64,000 nucleotides of DNA, taken from NCBI RefSeq assembly GCF_021869535.1, contig NW_026262582.1, forward strand, positions 52,390,001 through 52,454,000, written 5' to 3'. This DNA comes from Mytilus californianus (taxonomy: Eukaryota). This document shows positions 1 to 12,745 of this stretch, in pieces; position 1 is the stretch's first letter, and each line of letters opens with the position of its first letter. Below the pieces are notes generated by a model. The model was not told the DNA's origin and did not search any database. It saw nothing but the letters and a program-made list of their open reading frames with translations. A program made the translations under genes and the position numbers.

Positions 1-3
1 TAC

Positions 4-70
4 CTGGGCGATAATAACATTCCACTTCTCTCTCGTTTGTCACATCTTTCCTGTGCTCTTGGTTGTTCAT
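4..70 (-). CDS. Candidate first coding exon of an unidentified gene divergent from LSM5 (MNNQEHRKDVTNEREVECYYRP, phase-1 donor)
   Basis: ATG at 70-68, 22 open codons plus 1 nt, then CAG|GTA at the window edge. No homology recognised. Confidence 0.35.
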
Positions 71-369
71 GTCTTTTCGGCCATAAGACGCTCTAATTGC
101 TGTTTACAATAATCAGCATCATTGTGTAGCATCTTCATCTTTTTCGGCCATCAAAATTATTTAATCGGTAGGCATCGGTTATTTCCGTAGCTTCCGGTGG
201 AATTTGTCATAGTAGGCGTGTTCGACTTCACTACCATGACTCATCCCACATTCTTCATTAGGACAAACCCCGAGAATAAATTTATTTTGATGTCAAACAG
301 CCCTTTTTCTTTCGTTTTCTCTTAGGCCTTTACTACTTTGTCAACAAATTCACATGTGAGAGACCTACG
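71..369. promoter_or_regulatory. Probable core promoter and 5' UTR of LSM5, possibly bidirectional
   Basis: CpG-containing island in AT-rich DNA. ETS-like CTTCCGG at ~191-197. Pyrimidine run 301-322 ending in TAG, which is either a TCT/TOP-like start or a 5' UTR acceptor. Confidence 0.5.
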
Positions 370-409
370 ATGACAACATTCTCAAACCCTTCTCAGCTGC
401 TTCCCCTTG
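370..409 (+). CDS. LSM5: LSM5 coding exon 1 (MTTFSNPSQLLPL+G)
   Basis: Matches the LSM5 N-terminal NPSQLLPLE motif. Donor G|GTAAAT. The spliced ORF totals 270 nt (89 aa plus stop). Confidence 0.93.
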
Positions 410-1499
410 GTAAATTATGCTAAGAGCTGATAGTGATTAGCGTTTTTTTTAACTGGCTTTCAAATAAGGTTGTAAGTTTCGGAGCTTGTCATTTCGTACC
501 AAAACAGAACAATTTCGAACCATGTCCATGACCATATCAAATTAAAACGAGACCGGTATTGCCGGAGAGAGAAAGTTTGAACCTCAGAAATAGTTGGAGT
601 CTGTATAAGTAGCTATTTTTGTATACTTGGATATTTAAAGGTAGTCTAACTGTTTTAGTTAACGAAGACGTTCTTTGACTAAATTGGTTATAAATTGGTT
701 AGAGCGCTGCATTTAGTCTTAGATCTCAAGAGGTTCAAATCCCCTTTGTACAATCATATTCCAAATGATTACAATGCCCTGTCCTAGAAAGCGTCACAGC
801 AAAAAAAAAATTATCATACAAGATGTTGTAACTATTTTAACTAGGATGGTACCAACGGGATTCAAACCTACTATCTAGGAATCTAACCATGTACATCACT
901 ACATGTATTTTAACAAAAATGGCACTGCAAGCAACTTCTAAAAGCACCTGCGAGTACCTGGCAGATGAATAGATATGGTCATGATGTACGAGCAGGTCAT
1001 AATTAAGGTATGATCATGACATGTAATTATAAGGAACTAGCTATATAGCCAGATGTTTTACTAGTAAAAGACTTGGGGTTTGTCCAGTTGTTGACCTGTG
1101 GGCTGCTCATATGGATGATGAGCAGAGCGGGAAAGAGTGTTGTATAATTGGAGATATTGGGGGAGTCTTCCTGATCGAGTTAGGGAAGATCTTCCTTGGA
1201 CCAGTCAGAGGGCTGTCTTTAGATCTCAAGGTTACTGGTTTGAATCCCTCTGTTACCATCCATGTATTTTCACAATAAAAAGTTCACAATAAACTACTCT
1301 AAAAATTGTGGCCTATTATTGCTTACTACCGCTAGCGCTTCATTACTAATTTCATCAAAATTACATTTATAAAATAATTTTGAATCTTATTTGTGCCATC
1401 AATTATTTTTTCAAATGTGTAACATTATGAAAAATATTTTATCTAAAAATCATTTTTACAAATATGTAACATTATAGAAAAAAATTATTTAAAAATAAT

Positions 1500-2385
1500 T
1501 GGTTTTATTAGTACATCATGTATAAGTAAAATATTTGAAGAAATTTTCTTTTTAATATCTGAAATGAGAAAAAATTGCCCCCCTCCTCACAATTTCTTTT
1601 TTAACCACCCCCCCTCCACACACACAATTTTTTTTTCACCTCCCCCTCCCCCCCTTTTTCCAAAAAAAAAAATCTTTCCCTCAAGATATGGTCATAATCT
1701 CAATTCAAATTTCCAATTGAGTTTGCAACCATAATTACCATTTAAATACATCATAAAAGTCTTAAAATAGAAAATGACACACATAATCATGGCTAAAATT
1801 AATATTCCTTAATCAGCATTTTTTACGGCCCTATGTGCATCAAAGCACGAAGAGGATTAAGTAAGTAAGTAATCAGCATTTTTAAATAGTAACTTCTAAA
1901 AATAAATTGACAGCTTATCACCTCAAGACAATACAACATTTCTTTATACATAATTTAAAAGCAGTGTAAGGGAGGTAATCCAAACATAACATTGTACTTT
2001 TTTTAATTGTCTATTAACCAGGAAACCCTTGTTTTTCCCCCTTTTTTGCCCCTAATTCCTAAACAGTTTGAGCCATAACCCCCCAACGCCAATCCTAACC
2101 ATCCCTTTGTGGTATGGAAACTTGTGGTATAATTTCAGAAAGATCCATACACCGTTCCACAAGTTATTGTCTGGAAACTAGAAAAATGCTTATTTGGGCA
2201 CTTTTTTGGCCCCTAATTCCTAAACTGTTAGGACTATAACCCCCAAAACCAACCTTCCTGTTGTGGTTATAAACCTAGTGTTTAAATTTCATAGATTTCT
2301 ATTTACATTTACTAAAGTTATTGTCCGGAAACCAAATGTCTTCGGAAGATGCTGACGACGACAACGTGATACCAATATAAAAAGG
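1500..2385. mobile_element. Non-autonomous Helentron/HINE-like element with internal ~150-bp repeats (family shared with 11410-12745 and 39820-40745)
   Basis: Shares long blocks in reverse complement with 11410-12420. Has GACGACGAC microsatellite and repeated GGAAACTAGAAAAATGC units. Confidence 0.7.
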
Positions 2386-2875
2386 GGGGTTTTATAGTTG
2401 GATGGCTTTCTCATTGAAGTTGAACTCCTCATCTCCTGTGATAAATATACTGTTCATAGCTGTAGCTGTCACTAGAAACCCCTTTATAAATAATTAGCTA
2501 TATAGAAAACTAATCAACTTATTATAACTCTCCTCAAATTCAGGGGTATGTAAATTACTGGTTTACATTTTGTAGGTCTGTCCATCATATGAAATTTTTG
2601 TCACATTTTTCTCAGGAAATTCAAATCAGAGCTTCCTTAATTTTGTTAAGCTTCATGTGAGCATGCTACATGTTATACTGTGTGATCCATTTTTAGATTC
2701 GTTGCTCAACAGCTGAATGTTTAACTTATATTCTTACACATAATGACCATGTATGAAAATTTTGGTGCAATTTTCATAAATACAAATCAGGGCTTTCTGT
2801 TTGGAATCAAACTTTGTGAGCATGTATATACCCTGTGATGTAGCTTTAACTGTTCAAATTATTTTCTCATTTCAG

Positions 2876-2971
2876 AACTGGTAGACAAATGTATAGGATC
2901 TCGAATCCACATTGTGATGAAGAATGATAAAGAAATAGTTGGAACTTTACTTGGTTTTGATGATTATGTCA
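2876..2971 (+). CDS. LSM5: LSM5 coding exon 2 ([32 protein letters not shown])
   Basis: Sm1 motif, nearly identical to known LSM5. Acceptor TTTCAG, donor GTATCCTTT (U12 type). Confidence 0.97.
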
Positions 2972-5033
2972 GTATCCTTTTGACCAATTAAAAGAAAAAC
3001 TACCGAAATCATGGGCTATGTCTTTTACCAACGTGTCTGAAACAACCAATTCAAGACAAATGTCAAGAATAGATCAGATTCCAATTTAGATTTTATGAAT
3101 GAATTGCCCCGTATGACCTGGGAAATTTTGGAAGAAAAAATGTCATTTTGACGTGAAGATATTTGCTTTGTGATGTCAAATTTCTTACATGAAAAATTCG
3201 TAAGGGTTCCGCGGAACCCAGTGTCTCGCCTACTTTTTCTGTTAATCGCAGGCTCAACAAAAATGAGGAAGTAAATCAATAAAAATATTCCTCTTGATAC
3301 TATCTTTTGATTGTAAGAAGCTTCTGTCCAAGTTTGGTAAAAATCCAGGATAGTTTATGAATCTAATAAATGTTTAAAAACTTTAACTGCAGACTGAATG
3401 TAATGTTAACTGGAAGAAAACAAAATTTCCTTCTAGATACTAGCATTTGATTATAAACAAGCTTCTGTCCAAGTTTGGTACAAATCCAAAATAGTATAAG
3501 AAAGTTATTGAAATTTAAAAAACTTTAACCACAGAGTGAATGTGTTGTTTCCTGGCAGAAAATCTAAGTCCATTTAAAAGTAAAATACGGAAAAAATGAA
3601 TTTATTTTTTTACAAAATTTCCTTCTAGATACTAGCTTTTGATCATAAACAAGCTTCTGTCCAAGTTTGGTACAAATCCAAAATAGTATAAGAAAGTTAT
3701 TAAATTTTTTAAAACTTTAACCACAGAGTGAATGTAATATTTCCCGGCAGAAAAACTAAGTCCATTTATAAGTAAAATACGGAAAAAATGGAATTTTATT
3801 TTTACAAAATTTACTTCTGGATACTATCTTATGATCATAAACAAGCTTCTGTCCAAGTTTGGTAGAAATCCAGGATAGTTTAAGAAAGTTATTAAAATTT
3901 CAAAAACTTTAACCACAGAGGGAATATTTGTGGACGCCGCCAACGACGACGACGCCGACGGAATGTAGGATCGCTATGTCTCGCTTTTTCGACTAAAGTC
4001 GAAGGCTCGACAAAAAGCACTAATTGGAAGATCATGTATCAAGCTATCCTCATGATGACAACATCTCATTATTACTGACCTACCCAATGAGCTGATTATA
4101 CATGTAAACAGATTCAAATGAAGATCTACAATAAAAGCTTATCAATTGCTTGAGACTTACTTATTATCCCTTTTTGATTAAATTACATTTACAACCTTAT
4201 CAAAGGAGAAACTTTTAAAAAAAGGGAGATAATTATTATTGTCTTTTATATATTAGAATTATATTTATATTAGTGTCTGTTTTATCAGTGTTCATGTATG
4301 TATATTGTTACAACACAAATGCACAATTAACTCATTGGGAAAATTATCCTATTTCTGTCATATTGTCATAGTTCAATTATGCATTTATATCCACATAATG
4401 CAACTTGAAACTTTTTGTTTTGGTATGATGATATAATACTGAAATAGATTTATAATATACCCTGCTTTGGGAAGTGAGATTGTACAGTGATCATTGTGAA
4501 ATTTATTTTGTTTTCGTTACTTGGTCTGTTCATTCATCAGCCTGCAATTTGTATCTGCAACTTTCTGCTTTTGTGTATAGTTGCAGAATATCTTTAGTCC
4601 CTTACGTTTTGGTTCATATAATTTTTGGGGTTTACCTTATCAAATCATGGACTGCATGCAATATTTTAACTACAATGTAAATGGGCACAGGGGATATAAA
4701 TAATTAGTTCTGCTCACAGTCTTTTGTAGTTATTAGGTACAGTTACCAAAGTTTTCAGATATATCATGACATTATTATGATAATAATATTATATTATGTT
4801 AAGGATAAGTGGTCTATTATTATATCCCATGGTACCAAGTAGCAGAGGTATATAGTTTTGGATACATTCTCTTGTCATCTTTGTTTCCAAATGAAATCTA
4901 ACTTGGATATTTTCAAAAGTTTGATAATTATCTGAACTAGTGTTATGTCCACTTCTTTACATGTATGTACTTCCATGTACAAACATCACTATTTGCAACC
5001 AAGTGAGAAGAATAATCCTTAACAGTATGACAG
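2972..5033 (+). other. LSM5: U12-type (minor spliceosome) GT-AG intron, LSM5 intron 2
   Basis: 5' splice site GTATCCTTT. Branch motif TCCTTAAC at 5016-5023, 10 nt before the acceptor end. No polypyrimidine tract. Confidence 0.92.
3190..4013. mobile_element. HINE-like element inside the U12 intron, carrying ~3.5 tandem copies of a ~191-bp unit
   Basis: Palindrome GGGTTCCGCGGAACCC near 3204, hairpin TTCGACTAAAGTCGAA near 3988, (GAC)n tract, T-rich flank. Unit repeats at ~3421, ~3613 and ~3804. Confidence 0.7.
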
Positions 5034-5061
5034 ATATGGTATTAGAAGATGTAACAGAATT
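5034..5061 (+). CDS. LSM5: LSM5 coding exon 3 (NMVLEDVTEF), 28 nt
   Basis: Continues the frame from exon 2. Donor GTAAGT. Confidence 0.96.
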
Positions 5062-5948
5062 GTAAGTATTTTTTCAGAGAAATACCTTTAAAAAAAATCT
5101 AGTTTAGTACTTAATGTTCAAAATGAGGAGTTAACACACACATTTAATGGTTAAGTCTAACAAACAGTATGGCTAAAAATTTTAACATCACAGAGAAAAA
5201 TTAGATTTTCCAATGAAATATCGAACGTATGCTTTTATAGTTACAAAATCAGAGGCTAAATGAACATTGCAGAATCACAAAATTGTGCTGAAGATTCCTT
5301 GTAGATATACATGTATACATTTGAACTTTTTGATTTCTCTACTTAAGATTATGTCACACCTTATAAGTGTCTGAGTTAGGTTTTTTTATATGAAATTTTT
5401 ATTGTTACCGTGAAAGTTATCAGTGTATACTATAGCTGTCTGTCTTTGTTGCTCTGCCTCTCTCAACCAGGCATTGCAATGCGATAAATCTTTTCTTTTG
5501 TACAATGATAAGTAAAAAGGGGATGCTGGTTCATGGATATTATGTTTAGGTCCTAAAATAAAAGTATAATAGTGTGGTGTAAATAAACAATGTTTATGTT
5601 TAATTTAACAATTTAGTTGTTAGGGAATGTCTTTATATAAAATATATAAACAAAATGAAATTTATTTTCATGAACAATTTAGTATTTTGTGTTGAATGTA
5701 TTATGAAATTAATTTATTTTAATGAATTAAAAATTTTCCCCAAATAATACATATTTTTATTGTTTTAGGTGATCAATGAACAATTTATGTATATCGTCTT
5801 AGCATTGTGTATTGACATTTTATAAATATGCCAACCTTGAATTTTAATTCAAAAAGCCCATCCTACAGCAAAAGACTGCAATTAAACATCACACTAGTAA
5901 CTTTTGAATGTAGCCAAAATATATGACCAGAAGTTGTGCTTTATGAAC

Positions 5949-6129
5949 AAGGGTCTAGATGTGGTTTACAGAAAAGAGAATATTGGGCATTCAAAATAAA
6001 GATTAGAGAATAATGAGGTGCTAAAATATAAAGATTAGAAATTAATTGGCAAATAGAATAAAGAATTGATAAAAAAATGGCCTAAAAATTAAAGAAATAG
6101 AGAAATAAAGACACCCTCTCCAGATCCTA
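5949..6129. mobile_element. MITE of the GAGGGT...ACCCTC group (degenerate ends), 6-bp TSD ATGAAC
   Basis: ATGAAC at 5943-5948 and 6130-6135. Body resembles 47858-48035, 48299-48520 and 58050-58290. Confidence 0.6.
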
Positions 6130-6277
6130 ATGAACCTTGCCCTTTGAAAATTTATTCCATATGAATATTTATTTGCAATAATGACAAGTTTGAAAGAAAG
6201 ATAAGTCACTATTTAAGATTGTAGAGAGAAATACATTAATGAAGACAAATGCCTAAAGTTTCCATAATATTATTCAG

Positions 6278-6350
6278 TGAAAGCACACCAGAAGGAAGAC
6301 GAGTTACTAAGCTAGATCAAATTCTTCTGAATGGAAACAACATTACTATG
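6278..6350 (+). CDS. LSM5: LSM5 coding exon 4 (ESTPEGRRVTKLDQILLNGNNITM)
   Basis: Sm2 motif. TTCAG acceptor, GTTAGT donor. Confidence 0.97.
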
Positions 6351-7341
6351 GTTAGTATTAATATCTGTGCCTCTAAGTTCTTTAGTAATTATAAGTGAAA
6401 TTTATAAGCATTTTTAATTTAATGAAAATCCCATGTGATTCTTCCATAAAAGACCACTTTGAGTTCGTTGCATTTCCGTCAAAAACTTTGGTTTTAGTGA
6501 ACATCATTCATGCGTTAAGGGGCATCGTGACTTCCTTCCCATGTTGAGCGAGAGGTTGAAAAATATATGCTATATTGCACGAATAACATTGTATTCAACA
6601 AATTAAATTCTTATATTTGATAATCAGCAATGCTGTCATTAATAGGGAATTGTGATAAGTACCTACGGAACAATCATTATTTTTAGTTTATCCTGCATAA
6701 TGACGATCACGAAGGCATTTGATAAACTTTAATAGTGCAGGGATACAGGAAATCCCTTTATCTGGTAACTGACGTCAAAAAGTCAAAAAGGCGTGCATAA
6801 TTGAAGAACTTTTCCTGTGAAGGACATAGCTTGAAAGTGGTCTATTTGTTGGGATGGTACTCTTTAAAATTGAAAGTGGCGAGTTAATTACTTTATTTCC
6901 TTCATTATATTTTACTTACTAGTTTATTTGGGAAGAAGTTCATTATGCATATCAGGGGTGGATCCAGCCATTTTGAAAAGGGGGTTCCAGCCATATGTCC
7001 CCATTCAAAAGCATAGATTATCAAAATAAAAGGGGGGGGGGTCCAACCCAGATCTGCGTGAAGTTTAGAGTTTCCCATACTGACATGGACTGCTTTCATT
7101 ATTTGGAGAAGGCAGGCATCACACCTTTATTGGAAAATTCAAACATTTTGACTATAAAACCTTGCTCAGACTGTTATCCTCATTTAATCCTAAATATTTG
7201 ATTACAATAACTTCCATTTTATCAAGACATTTCAATATAAAGATATTTTCACAGAATAAAGTTCTAAAAATATCAAATTTTCTGTATTTTTAAGGCATTT
7301 ATAATCTGTGTATATACTCCTCTCCATTTTTTTTTCTTCAG

Positions 7342-7374
7342 CTTATACCTGGTGGTGAAGGACCAGAAATGTAG
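7342..7374 (+). CDS. LSM5: LSM5 last coding exon (LIPGGEGPEM*)
   Basis: Strong polypyrimidine acceptor, conserved PGGEGPE C-terminus, TAG stop. Confidence 0.96.
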   Translation, partial: LIPGGEGPEM

Positions 7375-7689
7375 AAGTCATTTGATCTCATGACATCACT
7401 GTGAAGAACCACCTACATGTGTTTCCATAGCAACATCATTTTATATCGACATCTTCATTTTTTTTGTCATATTGTATATAATATCATTCATTGTCAAGAT
7501 TCAAATCATAAAAAGACAAAATTAAAAAAATTTAAAATGACTCTTCCTTATGCTTTATTAGCCACATTATAACCTCTGATAAGAAAAATATATGTCTATG
7601 TTTTGATTTCAGGATTTTATCTTGTGAATGATTTTAAATTAAACAAAAAAAGACATTGATTTCTGCACACAACACAAGATTCTAGAATA

Positions 7690-7897
7690 CTGTGGATTCA
7701 TTATTATTTGTGGGATACCAATTTTCATTGATTTCATGAGTAAAGGAAAACCATAGATTTAAATGTCCAATGAAATACAAATTTTATATCGGCTTGTTTG
7801 CAAGTATTGGAAAAACCATGAAATCAAATATCCACGAAAATACAAATTTTCCTCAATCAACAAAAATTGTAACCTAAGAAAATTAATGAATCCACAG
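7690..7897. mobile_element. Tc1/mariner-type MITE (TIR CTGTGGATTCATT, TA TSD)
   Basis: TA|CTGTGGATTCATT...AATGAATCCACAG|TA. Second copy at 38787-38977. Confidence 0.75.
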
Positions 7898-9399
7898 TAA
7901 TTTTCATCATGAACTCTCTAGACTTAAAGTTAGGAAAGTCAGGTAAACATGTATAGAATGAAGTATAAAAACCCCAAAACCCTAAACAGGAAACTCAAAA
8001 TCACCCATGGTCAATTTGCTTGATGGAATTGAAACCTTTCTCTTGACTTAGTACAATAACACAAGTTAAATTAAGTTTTGATAGAACCAAGAATCCTTGA
8101 AAAACAGTATTTACAGCATGTATTAATAAAAGGAGAGGTGTGTCATTGAGACTGTAACCAATCAAAATAAACAACCATAAGACATCTGGAGATCAATACA
8201 CAGTATTCAACAATATGATACTTATTATGCTTTTTAAATGCTTGTAGCCATTATAACTTTATACTTTAATTTTTTCAACTTAGATGGTCAAAATAGTAAC
8301 TAATGACACTTTAGATGAGCTTTCATATAAATTGTACCCGCTGAAAGCCAAAACTGTAGTCAAATTATTAAAAAAAAGATGTGATATGATTGCAAATGAG
8401 AGGACTCTGCCAAAGACCAAAGGACAAGGATGTGAACAACAAGTTTACCCTACAGAATGAACCAGTCCGCAGGAAACATAAAATTGAGAATGGAAACGGA
8501 AAAACCACAAGACCACCAAGGCGGTTTAAAAGAGGCTTGGATATACATGATGCATGTAAATAGAATGTCTTAGTGACCTATTTTTATGCCCCTGCCATAG
8601 GTGAAGAGGGAATTAAGTGTTACCCCTGACCGTCCGTCCTTCTGTCTTTCCATCCATCCCATTTTTGTTTCTGCACTCTTTCTTAAGTTTGCCTCATGTA
8701 AATGAAACCCGTACGCAATGCTAAGAACCACAACACGCAGACAGAGTTTGAATTTGGGCAGTGAGTCATTTACTGTTCTAGAGTTATGCCTCTTTTTAAC
8801 TTGGAAAACATATTCTTCTTTTATTTGTATTCTCCTTGTAATTGTCATAAAAAAAAATTTAGACTTAATTTTACTTTTGGAAGTCGACCATGAAATATTA
8901 GATAACTGCAAAACATTACAGTATTTTTAGACTGATATAAAACCCATATGATGAGAATGAATAACAAACTTGACAGCAAAGATGCACAAAGAAGAATAAG
9001 ACAAAGAAAGTCATAAAAAGATGCTGAGCAGGCATTTCAAAAGATTGGAAAGCAAAATTTCTCAGAATGAAGGAAACATTTATAAAGTGTGTCTATATTA
9101 CTACATATTGAACTGTTAAGAGGATGCTGCTAAAATTGATGAAAAGCTGCAACCCTATCTAGTCACTGAAAAGTGCTACAATGTTTATATAAAAGCAGCA
9201 AATAATCAGTTACAAGAAAGGCTGTTAACTTGTAAATTTTTAGACAGTGCTTAGTAATTTCAGAAGTTAAAATGTTAACAAATTTCTGAAGAAAATAGAA
9301 ACTACATGAGGGAAAAGAGAAAACTGCACTTCCATTTAACCAGTACACCAAGCCCTTATAAAGAAATTAACATTCTCCCATCTTTCACTCCCTCCTATA

Positions 9400-9650
9400 C
9401 TTACTTTCTTTACATACCACTCTCAATATTACTTATCCTCTCAATACTTCCTTTTTCTCCCTATAGAACATGCATCTTTACATAACACTCTCAATATTAT
9501 TCATCCTCTCAATTCTTCCTTTTTCTCCCTATAGAACATACATCTTTACATACCTGACTCAATATTACTCATCCTCTCAATTCTTCCTCTTTCTCCCTAA
9601 AGAACATACATCTCTACCCTCACCCTCTCAATTCTTCCTATTTCGCCCTC
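9400..9650. repeat. Pyrimidine-rich tandem repeat, 68-bp unit, ~3.5 copies
   Basis: CTCAATATT recurs at 9422, 9490 and 9558. Confidence 0.75.
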
Positions 9651-9904
9651 CCTCCATGTCTCTCAAATCCATACAAACCTTAGCCACCTATATTAGCATA
9701 TTCTACGTGTTAGATATCCTATGTTAAGTTTGTTAGTTGAGGAAAAGATTTTTAATCATGAAGTACATTTTACCGGGCATGGAAGAATAAAAATTTCAAA
9801 CATTGAAAAGATCAAAACTTTTTGACATGAAATATGGAGTTTTTTTAGTATTGAGCCATTATGAAGTTGTAGTTTTTATTTTCAATTTTAAATGGTTATC
9901 ATAA

Positions 9905-10500
9905 CCAATAAAATGACCCTTTTAAAATTTGAATAAAACAGTGAAACATCCCCTATTAAAATACCCAGTCCTTTTTAAAACACAATAAAATGATCCATAT
10001 AAAATTTGGATAAAAACAGTAAATATCCCCAATTAAAATTTGATAAAAACAAATAAAGTACCCAGTCCCTTTTAAAACATAATAAAATGACCCATTTAAA
10101 ATTTGGATAAAAACAGTAAAACATCCCGAAATTAAAATTTGATAAAAAAAATAATTAAAATACCCAGTCCCTTTTAAAACACAATAAAATGACCCTTTTT
10201 GAATTTGGATAAAAACAGTAAAATATCCCCAATTAAAATTTGGATAAAAATTGTAAAACATCCCCAATTAAAATTTGATAAAAATGAATAAAACTCCCAG
10301 CCCCTTTTAAAACACAATAAATGACCCATTTAAAATATTGATAAGAACAGTAAAACATCCCCAATTAAAATTTTGATAAAAACAGTAAAATATCCCCATT
10401 AAAATTTGGATAAAAACAGTAAAATATCCCAAATTAAAATTTGGATAAAAACAGTAAAATATCCCCAATTGAAATTTGATAAAAACAAATAAAATACCCC
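9905..10500. repeat. A-tract-rich satellite-like array built from ~30-bp subunits (AAAATTTGGATAAAAACAGTAAAATATCCCC)
   Basis: Many degenerate direct repeats, with periodic ACCCAGTCCCTTTTAAAAC blocks. Confidence 0.75.
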
Positions 10501-10857
10501 TTCCCTGTTAAAAACATGTTAAAAAAACTGAGCCACCTCACTCAGTTTGTACCAGTTATAGCTGATACTTGGTACTTATGGTAGGAAAAATATCCCCACC
10601 AATTCCCAAAAGTTTTGACCGAGCCTCCTCACTTTGTCAGACTGAGCAACCTCTCTCAGTTTCATAGGGATTGAAGAAGATGTGGCCTTTGGGTAAACAC
10701 AGTGTGACAGCAACTCAACAATAGAGTAAAACCAGAAAGATATGAAAATGTCAAAATACAGTCTTTAACAATAAACATTATAACTACTAGTACCTAATGG
10801 TATTTCAAAGTTAAATGGTGATCTTTCTTTTGTATTGAAATCCATGATAAGCTATAA

Positions 10858-11340
10858 TTAGGGCCCCGCCGAATGGAGGACACCCTATAGTGATGAGTCT
10901 GTCCGTCTGTCCGTCCGTCCGTCCGTAACAAATTGTGTCCGCTCTATATCTAGAGAACCGTTATGATTTCAAAAATTATACTTGACATGTATATTAACCA
11001 ATACCAGAGGGTGTGTCATAATGTATGTACAACTTCCTAGGTCAAAGGTCAAGGTCAAAAACTTTGGTTCTAGTTGACAACCCCATGTCCTATGGTAAAG
11101 ATCGTGACTCCGCTCTATATCTTGAGAACCGTTATTTCAAAGTTTATACTTGACATGTATATAAACCAACACCAGAGGGTGTGTCATAATTTATGTACAA
11201 CTTCCTAGGTCAAAGGTGAAGGTCAAAAACTTTGGTTTCAGTTGACAACCCCATGTCCAATGATAAAGATACAAATTTTTTACCACACATTATTTACAGC
11301 GGGGCCCAGAGATGGCTCCCATCTCAATGATATCTAGTTT
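10858..11340 (+). mobile_element. HINE/Helentron-derived element with (GTCC)n tract and duplicated internal unit
   Basis: Begins TTAGGGCCCCGCCG, has (GTCC)n, ends ATCTAGTTT. A near-identical copy lies at 16996-17475. Confidence 0.75.
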
Positions 11341-11409
11341 ATTCATTATCTTTGATCTTTAGCCTTTAGGGATAGTTGTATCATTGTCAATCCTACCACA
11401 TCTCCTTAT

Positions 11410-12745
11410 TTTTATACGACAGCAGAACATTTTTGCAGTCGTATATTGGTATGAAGTTGGCGTCGTCGTCGTCTGAAGACACATTGGTTTTCGCACAATA
11501 ACTTTAGTTTAAGTGAATGGATCTCTAAGAAATTTTACCATAAGGTTCAATACCACAAAAAGAAGGTTGAGATTGATTTTGGGGGTCACATGGTACCAAC
11601 AGTTAAATTAGGGACCAAAAAGGGGCCAAAAATAAGCATTTTTGTAACTTCCAGACAATAACTTGTGTGTTAGTGTATGGATCTCTCTGACATTGTACCA
11701 CAAGGTTCCATATCAAAAAGGGAATGCTGGGATTGATTTTGGGGGCAATTGTCTCAAAATTTTAGGAATTAGTGGCCAAAAAAGGGGCAAAAAACAAGCA
11801 TTTTTCTAGTTTCATGACAATAACTTGTGTGTAAGTGTATGGATCTTTCTGAAATTGTAACACAAGGTTCTATATCACAAAGGGAAAGCTGGAATTGAGT
11901 TTGGGGGTAATTGCCCAAAACGTTTAGGAATAAGGGGCCAAAAATAAGCATTTTTCTAGTTTCCAGACAATAACTTGTGTTCAAGTGTATGGATCTCTCT
12001 GAAATTGTACTGCAAGGTACCATACCACAAAGTGAAGGCTGGGATGGATTTTTGGGGTAATTGTCTCAAAATTTTAGGAATTAGGGGCAAAAAACAAGCA
12101 TTTTTCTAGTTTCAAAACAATAACTTGTGTTCAAGTGTATGGATCTCTCTGAAATTGTACTGCAAGGTACCATACCACAAAGGGAAGGCTGGGATTGAGT
12201 TTGGGGGTGATGAATCATAAGGGGGTTCAAAAATTAGGGGGGGGATTTTTTTTTCTATTTTAAGACTTTTATGATGTATTTAAATTGGTAATTATGGTTG
12301 CAAACTCCATTGGAAATCTGAATTGAGATTATGACCATATCTTGAGGGAAAGATTTTTTTTTTTTGGAGGAGGGGGGGGGGGGGGGGGGGAGGTGAAAAA
12401 AAATTTAGGGGGGAGGGGGGTCAATACGCAACAGCATTGTGTATTTCACAAAAGCAAAAAAAAGGGGGGTACATTTTTTTTTTGGGGGGGGGGGGTTAAT
12501 TTCGCAACAGCATAGTGTATTGCACAAAAGCAAAAAATTGAATATAAATTCAAATCATATAACCAATTCTAAGTTCTTTGACTACAGTTACTCGGTGTCA
12601 GAAACCTATTATGTGTCAAATATTTATTTACAATCCAAATTCAGACCTGTATCAAGCGCGAATATTGTGTCCATTTTTGCCCCAACTGTTCAGGGTTGGA
12701 CCTCTGCGGTCGTATCCAGCTGCGCTCAGTCAAGCATTTTATTAT
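11410..12745. mobile_element. Apparently full-length HINE-like element with ~150-bp internal satellite array
   Basis: T-rich start TTTTTATACGAC, (GTC)n, about four tandem ~150-bp units. Its terminal block matches 39820-39920 in reverse complement. Confidence 0.7.

Noticed and set aside
1-300. AVL9 as the divergent neighbour, as in the human LSM5 locus
   Set aside because: No VVVGFHHKKG-like N-terminal motif in any minus-strand frame.
685-745. tRNA-like A and B boxes (similar stretch at 1200-1255)
   Set aside because: No full cloverleaf or acceptor stem. These look like decayed SINE heads.
12368-12420. Long G homopolymers (also 15943-15958, 32059-32072) as G-quadruplexes
   Set aside because: They are slippage-prone tracts within repeat families, with lengths unreliable in assemblies and no evidence of function.
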